From Chiloscyllium plagiosum (Eukaryota), in assembly GCF_004010195.1 (NCBI RefSeq), contig NC_057711.1, positions 80,872,420 through 80,936,419 of the forward strand: DNA of 64,000 nucleotides, in the 5' to 3' direction. Below the pieces are notes generated by a model. It was not told where the DNA came from and did no database searches. It worked only from the letters and a program-made list of their open reading frames with translations. This document shows, one piece after another, positions 12,691 through 25,447 of this stretch. The translations under genes were made by a program, and so were the position numbers. The first letter of the stretch is position 1. Each line of letters opens with the position of its first letter.

Positions 12691-14029
12691 CATCAAAAGA
12701 GTACATGACACATTCCAATAGCTCAATGAACGCATCCAGTGAGCAGTCAGAGACTAAGGCCAGGAAGACGAAGAGGAAAAGCAGGCAGGGAGAGGTTGCT
12801 GAACAGCTAAGAGAATGGGGCGGACACTTTGCAACTCTCTTCCCTTCATTTTCCTCCAGGTTGTGCAATGGTACATGGTTTCTGTCCTCTTTTTGCGTCA
12901 TTGTTAAAGAGGGAGGTTTTTTCGAGTGGAAATTCAAATGAAAAGTCAGACCAAGTTCTGAAAGAGGCTGGACTGGTGGTCTGAGGTGTAGTCATTTTAA
13001 TGAGAGGAGTATGACAGGTAAGACAGATAAACTGAGAGTGTGGATTAATACATATAGCTCTGATCTGTAGCTGTTACAGTGGCTTAGTTGAGAGAGGGAC
13101 AAGATTGGCAGACTGATGTTCTGGACTATCAATGTTTTAGGTGAGATAGAGAGGGATGTAAAACATAGAAGCACAGAAAATAGGTGCAGGATTAAGCCAT
13201 TCGGCCCTTCAAGCCTGTACCATCATTCAATATGATCATGGCTGACTATGCAATTTCAGTATCCCATTCTCCCCATTCTCTTTGATCCTTTTAACTGCAA
13301 GGGCCACATCCAGCTTACTCTTCAACGTATTGGAAGAACAGTCCCAAATAGCTTTTGTGGGAAAGGTTCACAACTCTCTGAGTGAAGAAATTCTTCCTCA
13401 TCTCAGTCCTGAATGGCTTACCCCTTATTCTTAGACTGTGACCCCAGTTCTGGACTTTCCCAACACTGGAAACATTCTTCCCATATATACAGTACCATCA
13501 GGATTTTATATGTTTCTATGAGATCCCCACCTAATTCTTCTAAGATCCAGTCTTTCTTCCTATGTCAGTCCTGCCATCCCGGGAATCAGTCTGGTGAACT
13601 TTCACTGGACTCCCTCAATACAAGAATGCCCTCCCTCAGACTAGGAGAACAAAACTGCACACTGTACTCAAGGTATGGCCTCACCAAGGCCCTGTGTAAC
13701 TCCTACTCCAATACTCAAATCCTCTCGCTCTGAAGGCCAGCATGCCATTAGCCCCAAGGCATGGTGAGATGAAGCAGATGCTACAAAAACAGATGAATGG
13801 GCACGGCACAACAATTGCCAGATAGGGACATTCCCTCCCAGTTGGGGAACACTTCAGTGGTCAAGGACATTCGGCCTCAGATCTTCGGGTGACCATCCTC
13901 CAAGGCGGATTTTGGGCCATGCAACAATGCAGAGTCACCAACCAAAGGCTGATAGCCAAGTTCTGTACCCATGAGGATGGCCTCAATTGGGATCTTTGGT
14001 TCATGTCACACTGTAAGTGACCCCACTGC

Positions 14030-14300
14030 ACTATACGCTCTCACACACAAGCACACACACACATACTCTTACACATGATCACACTCACACACTCACACAG
14101 ACCCTCTCTCATATACACACACACGCACACACACGCACACGCTCTCACAGGCACATACTCAGTCACACATGCGCACACTCTATCAAGCATGCACACACTC
14201 TCACACACACTCTCTCCATTTCTCTCTCTCTCACAAACACACACGCAACACTCTCTCTGTCTCTCTCAGATAAACACACACGCACATGCACACTCATATA
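14030..14300. repeat. Degenerate (CA/CT)n microsatellite inside the PLE
   Basis: Read directly. Confidence 0.9.
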
Positions 14301-14701
14301 TAAGTCTATGAGGTGAATTTGCATTTGCAGATTTTATTTGCAGATACATTCCATTTTGTTTAAAAAGTACACAACCTGTAGGCAATCAGTCCAGGTGACA
14401 TTTTATAAGTTCCTACTTTGGAAATAGAACCAGTCTGACTAAAAGTTCAGACACAGACAGACTCAAATCTCACACCTTTAATGCTTTGTCTGAGCTGAGG
14501 AGTCACCTTTTTTTATAAAATCTTAAGTTATCTCAGGACTGTGCCGCGAAAGAAGTTCTGGAATTTACATATTAATGAATTGAAACCTGCATCCTCATTC
14601 TAAGTGATTAAAGACTTAACAGCAATCTGGGTTTGTTCAAAACTTTGCATCAGTTTTATGACATCTACTATACATTCTGTGTCCTATAATCCTGCCCCAC
14701 T

Positions 14702-14741
14702 AGCTACCTGATGAAGGAGCAGCACTCTGAAAGCTAGTGCT
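14702..14741 (+). ncRNA. Putative minimal (type I) hammerhead ribozyme with intact core
   Basis: CUGAUGA (14708-14714), extra A, stem II GGAG/CUCU, GAAA (14729-14732), palindromic AGCU stem III, CUA triplet, and short stem I (agc[t]ac / gtgct). Confidence 0.6.
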
Positions 14742-15659
14742 TTCAAATAAACCTGGTGGACAATAACCTGGTGCTGTGTGATTTTTAACTTTGTCTACCC
14801 CAGTCCAACACTGGCACCTCCACAGCATTAGCTTTCCTCACCACTGGCATGCCAACCTTCAACAACTGTTCCACCATGACACCCAGGTTTCGTTGTACCT
14901 CACCTTTTCCTCAAATGCCACCATTCAGAACACAATGTGACCTCCTGTTTCTGTGACCAAAGTGGATAACCTCACATTTATTGTATTTGCCAAATATTTG
15001 CCCTCTCAACCAGCCTGTTCAAGTCACCCTGCAGCCTCTTAGCATCCTCCTCACAGCACACACTATCACCCAGCTTGATGTCATAAGCAAATTTGGAGAT
15101 ATTGCATTCACTTCCTTCATCTAAATCGTTAATGTATATAGTGAACAACTGGGGTCCCAGCACTGAACCCTGGGTACCCTAATCATCACTGCCTGCCTCT
15201 CTGAAAAGGACAAGTTTATTCCAAGACTCTGCTTCCTATCTGCCAACCAGTTCTCCACCCAAGCCAATACTTTGCCTCCAATACCATGTGCTTTAATTTT
15301 TTTTACTAATCTCTTGTGTGGAATCTTATCAAAAGCCTTTTGAAAGTCCAGATTCCCAATATCGACTGATTCACCCTTATCCTCTCTGCTACTCAAATCT
15401 TCAAAAAATTCCCTTTAGTGAATCCATGCTGATTTGGAACAATTCTGTCACCGCTTTCCAAATGCTCAGTTATTACGCTCTTAATAATTGACTCCAGCGT
15501 TTTCCCCACAACCAATGTCAGGCTGACCAGCTTATAATTCCATGTTTTCTCTCTCCCTCCTTTTTAAAAAGTGGGATTGCATTAGCTACCCTCCAGTCCA
15601 TTGGAACTCTTCCAGCCTCTATAGAATGCTAGAAAATGACCACCAATGGATCCATTATT

Positions 15660-18600
15660 TTATCAGAAGAGGTGGGGGAGTTGCGTTACTGCTAATGGAG
15701 AATATCACAGCCTATTGAGGGGGACACCTTGGTGGGGGGGTTGCTCATCCAGCGAAGCCATATGGGTAGACCTCAGGAATAGGAAGGGTGTAAACACTTC
15801 ATTCGAATTTTACTCCAGCCCTCCCAACAGCCAGTGGGTGACAGGTAAACAGATATATTAGATTTCGAATTAGAATTGATATTAGCATTATTGTCACATA
15901 CTCAAATGAGTACAGTGAAAAATTTACAGGTTGCCACCTATGGCGCACTTTTAGGTACAAAGGTACTTATGTCCAGATTCTTAAGTACAAATTCTGAAGA
16001 GACAAAAAAAAAGGATAAATAAATAAATAAATAAATAAATAGAAAGTCTAGCATTACAAATCATAGGAATAAATTAGGAAATAAAGAAGTAAAATGTTCA
16101 GAATAACTATCCTTCCAACCCAGTTCATGATAGCATCTAACCTTTAGTTCACAGTGGGCCTTGACTCCAGTCTGTGCCGGTCTTCACCTTAAGGCCCTCT
16201 GGAATCATCTCAGGTCCGAAGGTCCTTTCTGAGGCCACGTGGGGCTGAAATAGCACCATACCACGCTGCCAAGAGACACTGGGCCGTCAAGAGACCACCA
16301 CGCAGAGCTGAGAGATTGCCATGCTGGGCTGGACGACAGCCACATGACTGATGACCACCACGCTGGTCTGTTGAGAGACCGCCAGACTGGGTGTGGTGTC
16401 TGCCATGCTGAGCTGAAAGATCGCCATGTTGGTTTACGCTGAGACCAAGAGTCCAAGTCCAAGTCCAACTCCTGAGGCCAGGAGTTCAGGACATCGCTGA
16501 GAAGAAGGAAAGTTACAAAAACACAAAAGAGAAAAATGAGAAAAGAAAAGAAACAGATGGAGTGGCTAAGCTCTGGCTGAGGAGTCCTACTCTGTGACCA
16601 TCTTGGAAGAGAACAAGTATATGGATAGATTATGGAAAAATGTAAAAACAACAGGATCATTGTGGTCAGTAATTTTAACTTCTCCTATTTTGACTGGGAC
16701 TCCCTTAGTGCCAGGTACTTGGATTCAAGTAGTTTCTACTGTTGTCCAGGGTAGTTTTTTGAAACAGCACATAAGTAATAAACAGGGAAGGGGCTATACT
16801 CGATCTGATATTGGGGAATGAGCCCAGATCAAAGTTTCATGGGCAAGTTTTTCAGGAATAGTGACCATAATTCTTAAGTTTTAAATTACTTATGGATAAA
16901 GATAAGAGTTCTCCTCAGGCAAAAGTATTAAATTGGGGAAATTTATAACAATATTAAGTAAGAACCATGAAATGTAGATTGGGGGAAGCACTTTGAGAAT
17001 AAAACTACATCTGACAAGTGGGAATTTTAGAAAGGCCAGTCGATTTGATTTGAGGACCAGTATGTACCTGTGAAAATGAAAAATAAGGATGACAGGCTTT
17101 GGGAGTATTGGATGACACTCAAAAAGGCAAAGGAGACATACATAAGGTTTAGGAAACTGAAGACTGACAGAGTCCTCGAAGAATACAAAGATAGCAGGAA
17201 AGAACTCAAATAAGGAGTTAGGAGAGCTAAAAGGGGCCATGAAATGTCTTTGGCAAACAGGGTAAGGGAAATTCCAAGGCATTTTATACATACATGAGAA
17301 GCAAAAGTGAAAGGATTGGTCCATTCAAGCACAAAGGAAGGAATTTATGCATGGAGCCAGAGGAAGTGGGTGAGGTCCCTAATTAATACTTTACATCAGT
17401 ATTCACAAAGGAGGAGAACATGGTGGACAGTGAGTCTTGAGAGCGGTATGTTGATATTCTAGGACGTGCCAGTATTAAAATGAAGGCAATATAGGGTGTT
17501 TTGGAAAGCATTAAGGTAGATAAGTCCTAGGACCTGATGGGATCGATCCCAGAACACAATGGAAGCCGGTAAGGAAATTGCTGGGCCTTGCATGAAATCT
17601 TTGTATCTTGTTTAGTCAGAAGAGGTCCCAGAGCCAATGTTGTTGCTTTGTTTAAAAAGGGTAAAAGGGATAATACAAGAAATTAAAGGCTGATGACCTT
17701 TAATTCAATAGGAGGGAAATTATTGGAGAAGATACTTAGATACAGCATTTGCTCACATTTGGAAAAATATGGACATATTAGTGACAGACAGCATGGTTTT
17801 GTGAGGGGAAGGTCGTGTCTCACAAACTTGATTAAGTGTTTTGAGGAAAGGAAAAAGATGATTAATAAGGGAAGGGCAGTGGATTTTGTCAATTTGGACT
17901 TTAGCAAGGCCTTTAACAAGGCTTCTCATAGCAGGCTGATAGAAAAGGTGAAGCCACATGGGCTCCACACTGAGTTGGTAGGCTGAATACAGAACTGGCT
18001 TAGTCAGAGAAGATAGAGAATAGAGTGCAAGGCTGTTTTTATAACTGGAGATCAATGGCCTGTGTTGTTGTGCAGGGACCATTGCTGGGATCCCTGTTGT
18101 TAGTAACATATATATAGATAGTTTGGAGGAGAATGTAGGAGATCGGATTGGTAAGTTTGTAGACGATGTAAAAATTGGGTGAGTTGCAAACAATGAGGAG
18201 GATTACCAAAGGATACAGCAAGATTTAGATAGGCTGGAGACTTGGGCAGAGAAATAGCAGATGGAGTTCAATCCAAGCAAATGCAAGGTGATCTATTTTA
18301 GAGGATCTAATGCAAGAGGGAAGTATGTAGAAAATGCCAGAATCCTTAGTAGCATCAACATACAGAGGGATGTGGAAGTCCACAGTTCCCTGAAATTGGC
18401 CATACAAATGGTTAATGTGGTCAAGAAGGCATATGGCATGCTTGCCTTTATTGGTTGGAGCATAGAGAATAAAAATTGACAAATCATGTTGCAGCTGAAG
18501 AAGTTTAGTTAGGCCACATTTGGAATATTGTGTACTTTTCTGGTCACCACACTATCAGAAGAACATGGAGGCTTTGGAGAGGGTTCAGAAAAGGTTTGCA

Positions 18601-19078
18601 AGGATTATTGCCTGGTTTGGAGGGTACAGGCTATGAGGAGAGATTGGACAATCTTGATTTGTTTTCATTTGAATATCGAACAGTAAGGGGCAACCTGATA
18701 GAAGTTTACAAAATTTTGAGAGGCGTGGATAGAATGGATGGTCAGAGTCTTTTTTCCTTAGGGCAGAAATGTTAATTACTAGGGGACATGGGTTTAAGGT
18801 AAAAGAGGATAAGTTTAAAAGGAATGTGAGAGTCAGGTTTTTACACAGAGGGTGCTCAGGGCCTGGAATAGACACAGAAAGCTCTGCCAGAGGAGGTGGT
18901 GAGGTGGATGCCATAGCAACATTTAAGAGGCATCTTGATGATATATGAATAAGCAGGGAATAGAGGGATATGTACCACATAGAGGCAAAAGCTTTTTAGT
19001 TTAGAAAGACATCATGTGTCAGCATGGTCTTGGTGGATTGGAGGGCCTGTTCCTATCTGTACTGTTTTTGTTCTCTGT
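15660..19078 (+). mobile_element. Long degenerate CR1 LINE ORF2 (EN, RT, 3' end)
   Basis: EN-region motif SSEAIWVDLRNRKG...PPNSQ. RT motifs QHGFVRGRSCLTNL and LDFSKAF (ORF 17693-17986), MEFNPSKCKVIYF. CR1 3'UTR near 19050. Confidence 0.9.
15860..16606 (-). mobile_element. Non-coding retroposon (probably Rex1/Babar-derived non-autonomous element) inserted in the CR1 EN region
   Basis: Minus strand begins ccaagatggtc and ends cactgtactcatttgagtatgtgacaataa..., a Rex1-like tail. The CR1 EN sequence resumes on both sides, with imperfect TSD aacagatatat / aacaagtatat. Confidence 0.55.
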
Positions 19079-19084
19079 CAGTTG

Positions 19085-19400
19085 AACCACACAGATTATA
19101 AAGAGCCCAAGTTTGATTCTGGGTCTGTTCCCACTGAGCTGATCGCCAGTGTGGTTGCTGCAAGTGTCTTCAATGTATATGAGATAGAGATGGAAATCAG
19201 AGCCAGCATATTTATTCCTAAATGACATTCAATGTGGAGGACTTGCATTTCAATAGACATTAGGTGAGGGGTAGCAAGTACTCACATATTATAGTCTCAA
19301 TGCTTGATCACACTGTTGGTATTCTTTGTCAAGGCTCATTAGGAATGCTGGGTACTGAGTTAAACCATAACCAAAAAGTCAAAGCCATCAGATGCATAGA
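19085..19400 (+). mobile_element. Ancient degenerate tRNA-derived SINE
   Basis: B-box-like agtttgattct followed by ctgagctgatc. A related inverted copy lies near 27570-27695. Confidence 0.35.
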
Positions 19401-19695
19401 GATTGAGAAATAAATTGTTGAAGAAAATTGGCAAGGAATGAAAACATAGTTGAAAAGCAGTTAACAGGCTATTTATTTGTGTCAATGGCATGTCAGATCT
19501 CTCATCCTGGAGCACATTATGTTACAACCAGATGAGGAGGAGTTGAAAGGTTCCTCCCTCTTTCCTTTCCTTGTTTGAACTCAATGACATTTTTGTTTTG
19601 TAAAAAAATGTCCTTGTCAATTTTATGTGTACTTAACTGTTTGGGTTTGATAAAGTAAAAAGTTAGTTTTTAAAACTCTATTAAAAATGCAATGG

Positions 19696-19696
<1 letters not shown>

Positions 19697-19730
<34 letters not shown>
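19697..19730. repeat. (AC)17 microsatellite abutting a CR1
   Basis: Read directly. Confidence 0.95.
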
Positions 19731-19732
<2 letters not shown>

Positions 19733-20520
19733 CCTCTGGCAGCTCATTCCATACGCGCACCACCCTCTGCATGAACAAGTTGTGCCTTAGGTCCCTTTTA
19801 CATCTTTCCCCTCTCACCCTAAACCTGTGCCCTCTAGTCCTGGAATACCCCACACCTGGAAAAAGACCTTGTCTATTTATCCTATCTATGCCCCTCGGGA
19901 TTTTATAAATCTCTATAAGGTCAATCTTCTGCCTTTGATGCTCCAGGGAAATCAGCCCCACCTTATTCAGTCTCTCCCTACAGCTCAAACCCTTCAACCC
20001 TGTCAACATCCTTTGTAAATCTTTCTGAACCCTTTCAAGTTTCACAACATCCTTCCTGTAGGAGGGAGACCAGAATTGCACACAATATTCTAAAAGTGAC
20101 CTAACCAATGTCCTGTACAGCCACAACATGATCTCCTAACTCCTATACTGAATGCTCTGACTAATAAAGGAAAGCATACCAAACACCTTCTTCGCTATCT
20201 TATTTTATCTGCAGTATTTCAAAAGTCAGAACATCCCTCCTCCGATAACAAGACCCAGAATTGCAAATAGTGCTGTAGAGTGTGATCTTACTAAGATGTA
20301 TAATCGCTGCAAGACACCTAGCTCCTCTACTCAAATCCCCTCACAATAAAGGCCAACATACCATTTGCCTTCTTCACTGCATTCTGCACCTGCATGTTTA
20401 CTTCTAGCGACTGATGTAGAAGGATACTCAGGTCTCATTGCACCTCCTCCTTTCCTAATCTATTGCCATTCAGGTAATAATCTGCTTTCCTATTTTTGTT
20501 ATCAAAGTGGATACTGTCAG
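19728..20520 (-). mobile_element. CR1 fragments (HER1-like 19728-20210 and a second subfamily about 20240-20520)
   Basis: ORF 19623-20129 LYRTLVRSLLEYCVQFWSP...KLERVQK...VWNELPEEV. Confidence 0.85.
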
Positions 20521-21044
20521 CTGGCTTGCTTTAGGTTGAAATTGTAGTAGGCTGTTATAAAAAATGTAATTTAAAAGTCCAATCCTGTTTCCAGTTGATG
20601 AATTAATTACAAATTTCGTTTTGAAATTATGATGTTTAGCACTAGCAATTTTTAATTTCAATTAATGCTGATGATAAGTCTTCAACCTGAACTTTAGTTC
20701 TCTTTGTCTCCTCACAGATACTGATAGACTTGTTGAGTATTTCTGACATTCTTTTTAATTCCAGATTTCCAAATTTGGCTTTTGAATTTTAATGTTTCTG
20801 TTCTCTGTGGGTGTAGGTCTCAACTATTGTTTAAACCGTGAATTATCATTGTGTGAATTGAATGGCTTTTACTCCCTAGACTAACATCAATAATTCTGTT
20901 AATAAGGATTGTGTTAAGATTAATTTTCACATGCCTTTAAAGCTCTCTTAGATATATTCTGGAAGGATCACAAATTTGGCTAAAATTCAGATATATCAGA
21001 ACTCATATCAAGGTTTTTGCAATGATCTTTATTTCCTTTTTTAT

Positions 21045-21190
21045 TTGTTTATGGGATATGAGAATCACCACAGGGCCAGCATTTGTTACCCATTCCGAAT
21101 TGTTTTTAGAACGTTGTTGGTGAGCAGCCTTTTTGAACATCCTTCTGGCATAGGTCCTCCAACTGTGCTGTTGAGTAGGAAATACTTGGT
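21045..21190 (-). mobile_element. L2/CR1-group LINE 3' tail fragment
   Basis: ggccagcatttgttacccattccgaattg...ggtgagcagcc. The same tail motif recurs at about 50405-50480. Confidence 0.5.
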
Positions 21191-22369
21191 GTGAGTATCG
21201 GATTATTTGAATGTCCAAGACAAACGTCTAAAGCTTGCTTTGAAACATCTTTACAAAATTCAATTTTAATAAGCAGTAAGGTTGAGCCCTATGATTGTCC
21301 ATGTATAAAGTCAGGTTTGTGGTAACTCTTAATTGGGGCAGTCAAGGAAAACATGTCTGACTTCTGGAATGCACCATGTGTCAACTTGGAATGTACATTT
21401 GATTTGAAAGTTGAGGACAGTGATTCCGTTCATTGCCTTTATTCAAGCAACAATGGTTGCTTATTTCTGAAAGGTTTTGTGAGCCACTTTAATTACAGGA
21501 CAGCCTAAACCTCATTATGCATTGTTCCTTTGCCATGACTGATAGATAACACCCAATGCCAAGGGCAATATCTGCTGTAGATCATGCGCAACCTGTATTC
21601 TTTGTATTTTTTTCCTCCCAATCCTGTTTAATTGCAATATTACTACCATCTGTAGGAGCCACACCCATGCACTTGGGAAAGAAACTCCTTCAAACTGTTT
21701 ATGTCTCATTTTACTGCATTGATTCTTTGGAATCATCTCTTTCATATTGTAATATTACAGTGCAGCAGTGAAAAGTTGTACAAGTTCATAATTAATTATT
21801 ACTGCATTCAATGTGCTTTTATGTTAGTAATTTTTGATCACTTCTTGGTAGCTTTTATTAAAAGTTTTGTATGGTTGGAGCAGCAGACTAGACATTTACA
21901 TACATGTTGGCACACTGTCCCTGAAACCGTAATGGGAGCACACTATAACAACAAGAGACTGGATCAGCATTCTACATTGCTAAGTCTCAACTTATGGTGG
22001 TCTTTTAAAGGTAGCCTGGTGTATCATAAGCCTCTGTCTTCCTCTTTAAACGCTATTGTTTGAGGAGTGACTGAGCTCAATGAAGGAGCATCTTACAGTC
22101 GATTTTCTGGGACCAGAAAATAATATGTTTTGCAGTATCTCTGAGCATTTCAATGCATTTTACTCATGCCAATAATCAACATTTATTCATGCCACAGAGG
22201 GAATGCACACAATTTTCCATTTTGTTGATATTAGTCACCTTTTTATTAAATTCACAATGCTGCATATGTTTGCTGAGCAATAAATTATAATCTGCTAATA
22301 TGGATTATGATTTTCTAATTCCAGTTACAGTGGCAACAGGCAAATATGGGTGAGAAATCCTAGAGTTAG

Positions 22370-22490
22370 TTATCTTTGTAGGTGCTCTGTCGATTCAAGG
22401 GTGATGTCTACTCGGGGTTGTAAGTTTCCGTTGTGGATTATCATGCAACTGAACTGGACAATTCTCAGCCACAGATCTTTGTGCAAACGG
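22370..22490 (-). mobile_element. Possible RTE LINE 3' remnant
   Basis: Minus strand resembles the RTE C-terminal zinc-finger motif C..IC.SRIGLFSH (CTKICG.RIVQFSCM with a frameshift). Confidence 0.35.
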
Positions 22491-23739
22491 GGTGGATCTC
22501 CGCCAGGTAAGACAATCCAGCGTTCAGCTTCCTCCTCATGTTGGTATTTGGAAAATGGACAGCTTGTTCATTCATGTCTTTCTTTAAATTTTAGAGCTGT
22601 ACCACCTTATTGTTTCACTGGATGCTCAATTCTCAAATAAGACAATTTACAATGTGGATTGCTGACATTACAAGTATAAGCAATAAAAGTAATTGTGGAA
22701 TAAATTGCATTTATTTTAATATGGCCATAATAATTCTGACATATTTGACTAGCATTCCAAATCTTGCTCATCCAAAGAAACTTGTTCACCAAACTTCAAA
22801 TAGATTACTTGCCATCATTTGTGGATATTTTTGATGTATTATTATCTTCTGTAAATTTTCCCCACTTCCTTTTCCCTCCTAATCCTGCTGGTGCCTGAAA
22901 CTATTTTCTGTCCCCTTGACAACCATTTCCCATGAGACTCAGCAGAAGATTCAATTTGTAGGAGCCTCCTCCCTCACCCTTTTCTGGGACATATGCACAT
23001 CCTGCAGAGTTTATTGGATAATAATCAATCGGAGTACAAAGGTGATATCCCAATGTCTAATCCAGGGTTGTTATGATGTATTGTGTCACCTCTCTGATTG
23101 CCTTAGCTGAGGTTAATTACTCAGTATGGAATATAGATTGAAGCTGGAACTTTCTGATGTGACTGGTCCAGTTATACTTTGCCATTGCTTTTGCCTCTGC
23201 CTCTCAAAACTGAGCCATGAATGGATTTTTTCTACTTCCTTATTATCTTTGGTGTTATTGTTATTTTATCCTGTTAACTATGCAGCATCACTGGTCAAGA
23301 AAGGAGTTTTACTACCATGCAATATTGCTCAATGAAGTAAATCATTGTCCCAGAGATTCTTGCAAGTGTTTTCATGTTATTCGTATATCCATTAATGTGT
23401 GATGCTTTGTCACGAAAATCTTTGTCAGCAAAGATCTAGGATGTAGCACATAGAGAACATTTGCTGTGTACATCTAACTGTTAGTTATGGAGCTAAATGT
23501 TGGCACCCACCCTTAGCTTTTTATCACCATTGCAGATGACCAAGCACCCTAGCATATCCTTCCCTAACTTAAAATCTTCAACTTTCAGAATTTATTTTGG
23601 ACAAGTCCTTCAGAAGGTCCTGAAACTGTTCTACCTAACCAATGGACATCTCTTCAAATTCATACAGAAACATATGACTAAAGGTTGAGCACATTTCTAA
23701 TCCACCTCTGAATTCAACAATCTAACATCTATGGCTTAA

Positions 23740-25447
23740 CAGTGGGGAACACAGAGTGTTCTGGAGCACAAGTCTTCAATACTGTTGCAGCAATGTTGTC
23801 TGAGCCATAGCCTTTACATTTACCAGTGCCTTCAACCATTTCTTCATTTCATATTCAGTGACTCAAATTTGCTGAAGATTGGTATCTGTGATGCTTTCAT
23901 CCGCTAGAGGCACTTCAGATTGAAGCTTATTGCGAATGCTTCAGTCTTAACTTTTGCACTGATGTGTTGTGCTCCCTCATAATTCAGATTGGGGTTGAGT
24001 TGTTTAGTGTTTGCCATCATTCATGGCTGGATGTGGAAGGACTGGAAAATTTAGATCTGATTCGTTGGTTGTGGAGTGAGATCATTTGTTGCTTCCGGTT
24101 TGGTACACAAATAGCAAGTACATAAGCGGTTTTATAGCTTCACCAGGTTGATACCTTACACTTGAGTGTGCCTGATGTTGTTTCTGGTATACATTCCTGC
24201 ACTTTTCATTGAAACAGGGTTGATCCTCTGACTTGTTGATAATGGCTGAAAGGGTTATTATGCCTCGCTATGAGGTTACAGATTTTGTTGGAGTACAATT
24301 CTGCTACTGCAAACGACCCACCACGCCTTATGGCTGCACAGACTTGAACTGTTATATCTGTTTGAGGTCTATATCATTAAACACAGTAATAGTGCCATAC
24401 AACATCAACATGAAGATGGGACTTTGTCTCCACTAAGACTTTGAGGTGATCACTTTTATCATAACTGTGATAGTAAGGTGCATCTGTGACAGATTGGTAA
24501 TGATGAGGTGAAGTATATTTTTTTACCTCTTGTTGGTTCCCTCTCCACCTGCTACAGACCTAATGTAGCCTAACAGCAAAGCCCTTTGATTTTGTCCAGC
24601 TTGGTCAGTAGTGATGCTGCCGAGCCACATTTGGTGATGGACATTGAAATCACCCACCAGAGTACATTCTATGCCTTGCCATTCTCAGCATTCCTCCAAA
24701 TGGTTTTCAACATGGAGAAGTACAGATTCATCAGTGAGGATTGGGGGTTTGGTGGGCGTGGGCATGCGGTGGTCAATATGTGATAACCAGCTGGAGGTTT
24801 TCTTCCTGATGCCGGGAGACTTCAGAGGATCTGGAGTCAACGTTGAGATCTCCCTCCCGACTGTATACGTATATACCACTGTCTCTGCTGAGTCTGCCAT
24901 GCCAGTGAGACAGGACATATCCAAGGATAGTGATGATGTGGGGACATTGTGTGTAGGATATGATTCCGTAAGTATGCAGACGGTCGCTTGATTCGTCTGC
25001 AAGAGAGCTCTCCCAATTTTGGCATTAGCCACCAGATGATAGTAAGGAGGACTTTGCAGGCTTGCGTTTGTCATTATTAATTCCGATGTCTTAATTAAGG
25101 CCAGGTAGTCCATCTGATTTCATTCTTTTTTGAGTTCTTTTTAGCAGTTGTTACAAATTGAAAGACTTGTAGGCCATTTCAGAGGGCAGTTAAGAGTCAA
25201 CCACATCACTTTGAGTTTGCTGTCACAGGTATACAAGACCAAGGAATGATGGTAGTTTTCCTTCCCTAAAGGATATTAGTGAATTTGGTGTTATTACAAC
25301 AATCTGTAATGATTTAATCACTATCATTAGGCTGTTTATTCCAGATTTTATTGAATTCAATAGTGGAATTTTAACATGGGTCCCAAGAGCGTTACCTGGA
25401 TCTCTGGTTTACTTGCCCAGTCACATGCCACTACATCATCCCCTCCT
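23740..25447 (-). mobile_element. L2/Crack-like LINE 5' half (APE endonuclease plus linker) directly preceded by a tRNA-like head
   Basis: ORFs 24685-25113 and 24837-25025 give KLGELS, ILTESY, TDESVLLHVENHLEE. The linker reads K.EAFA... near 23930-23960. A/B-box-like head at about 25360-25447. Confidence 0.7.

Larger units (their letters stand above)
13753..14825 (+). mobile_element. Penelope-like element (Neptune-type) 3' fragment: GIY-YIG C-terminus, CA-rich microsatellite, terminal repeat with hammerhead
   Basis: Degenerate translation RMNGH...SLPVGEHFSGQGHSASDLRVTILQGG...LIAKFCTHEDGLN.DL.FMSH. TSD cattagc at 13746-13752 and 14826-14832 inside the CR1. Confidence 0.8.
13163..15655 (-). 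mobile_element. CR1 LINE (RT domain to 3' end), interrupted by a PLE
   Basis: ORFs 15121-15396 (LDFQKAFDKIPHKRL) and 14978-15163 (LGPQLFTIYINDLD...SKFAYD) are RT motifs. CR1 3' tail at 13163. Confidence 0.9.

Noticed and set aside
14017..14316. His/Thr-rich and Cys/Val-rich ORFs (also 59281-60094)
   Set aside because: Translations of (CA)n/(TG)n microsatellites.
15640..15670. Head-to-head CR1 junction as a twin-priming inversion
   Set aside because: Both halves have their own 3' tails and overlapping RT regions from different subfamilies, so they are two independent insertions.
16205..16660. 151-aa Trp/Ser-rich repetitive ORF
   Set aside because: Arises from the degenerate tandem array inside a non-coding retroposon; no recognisable domain.
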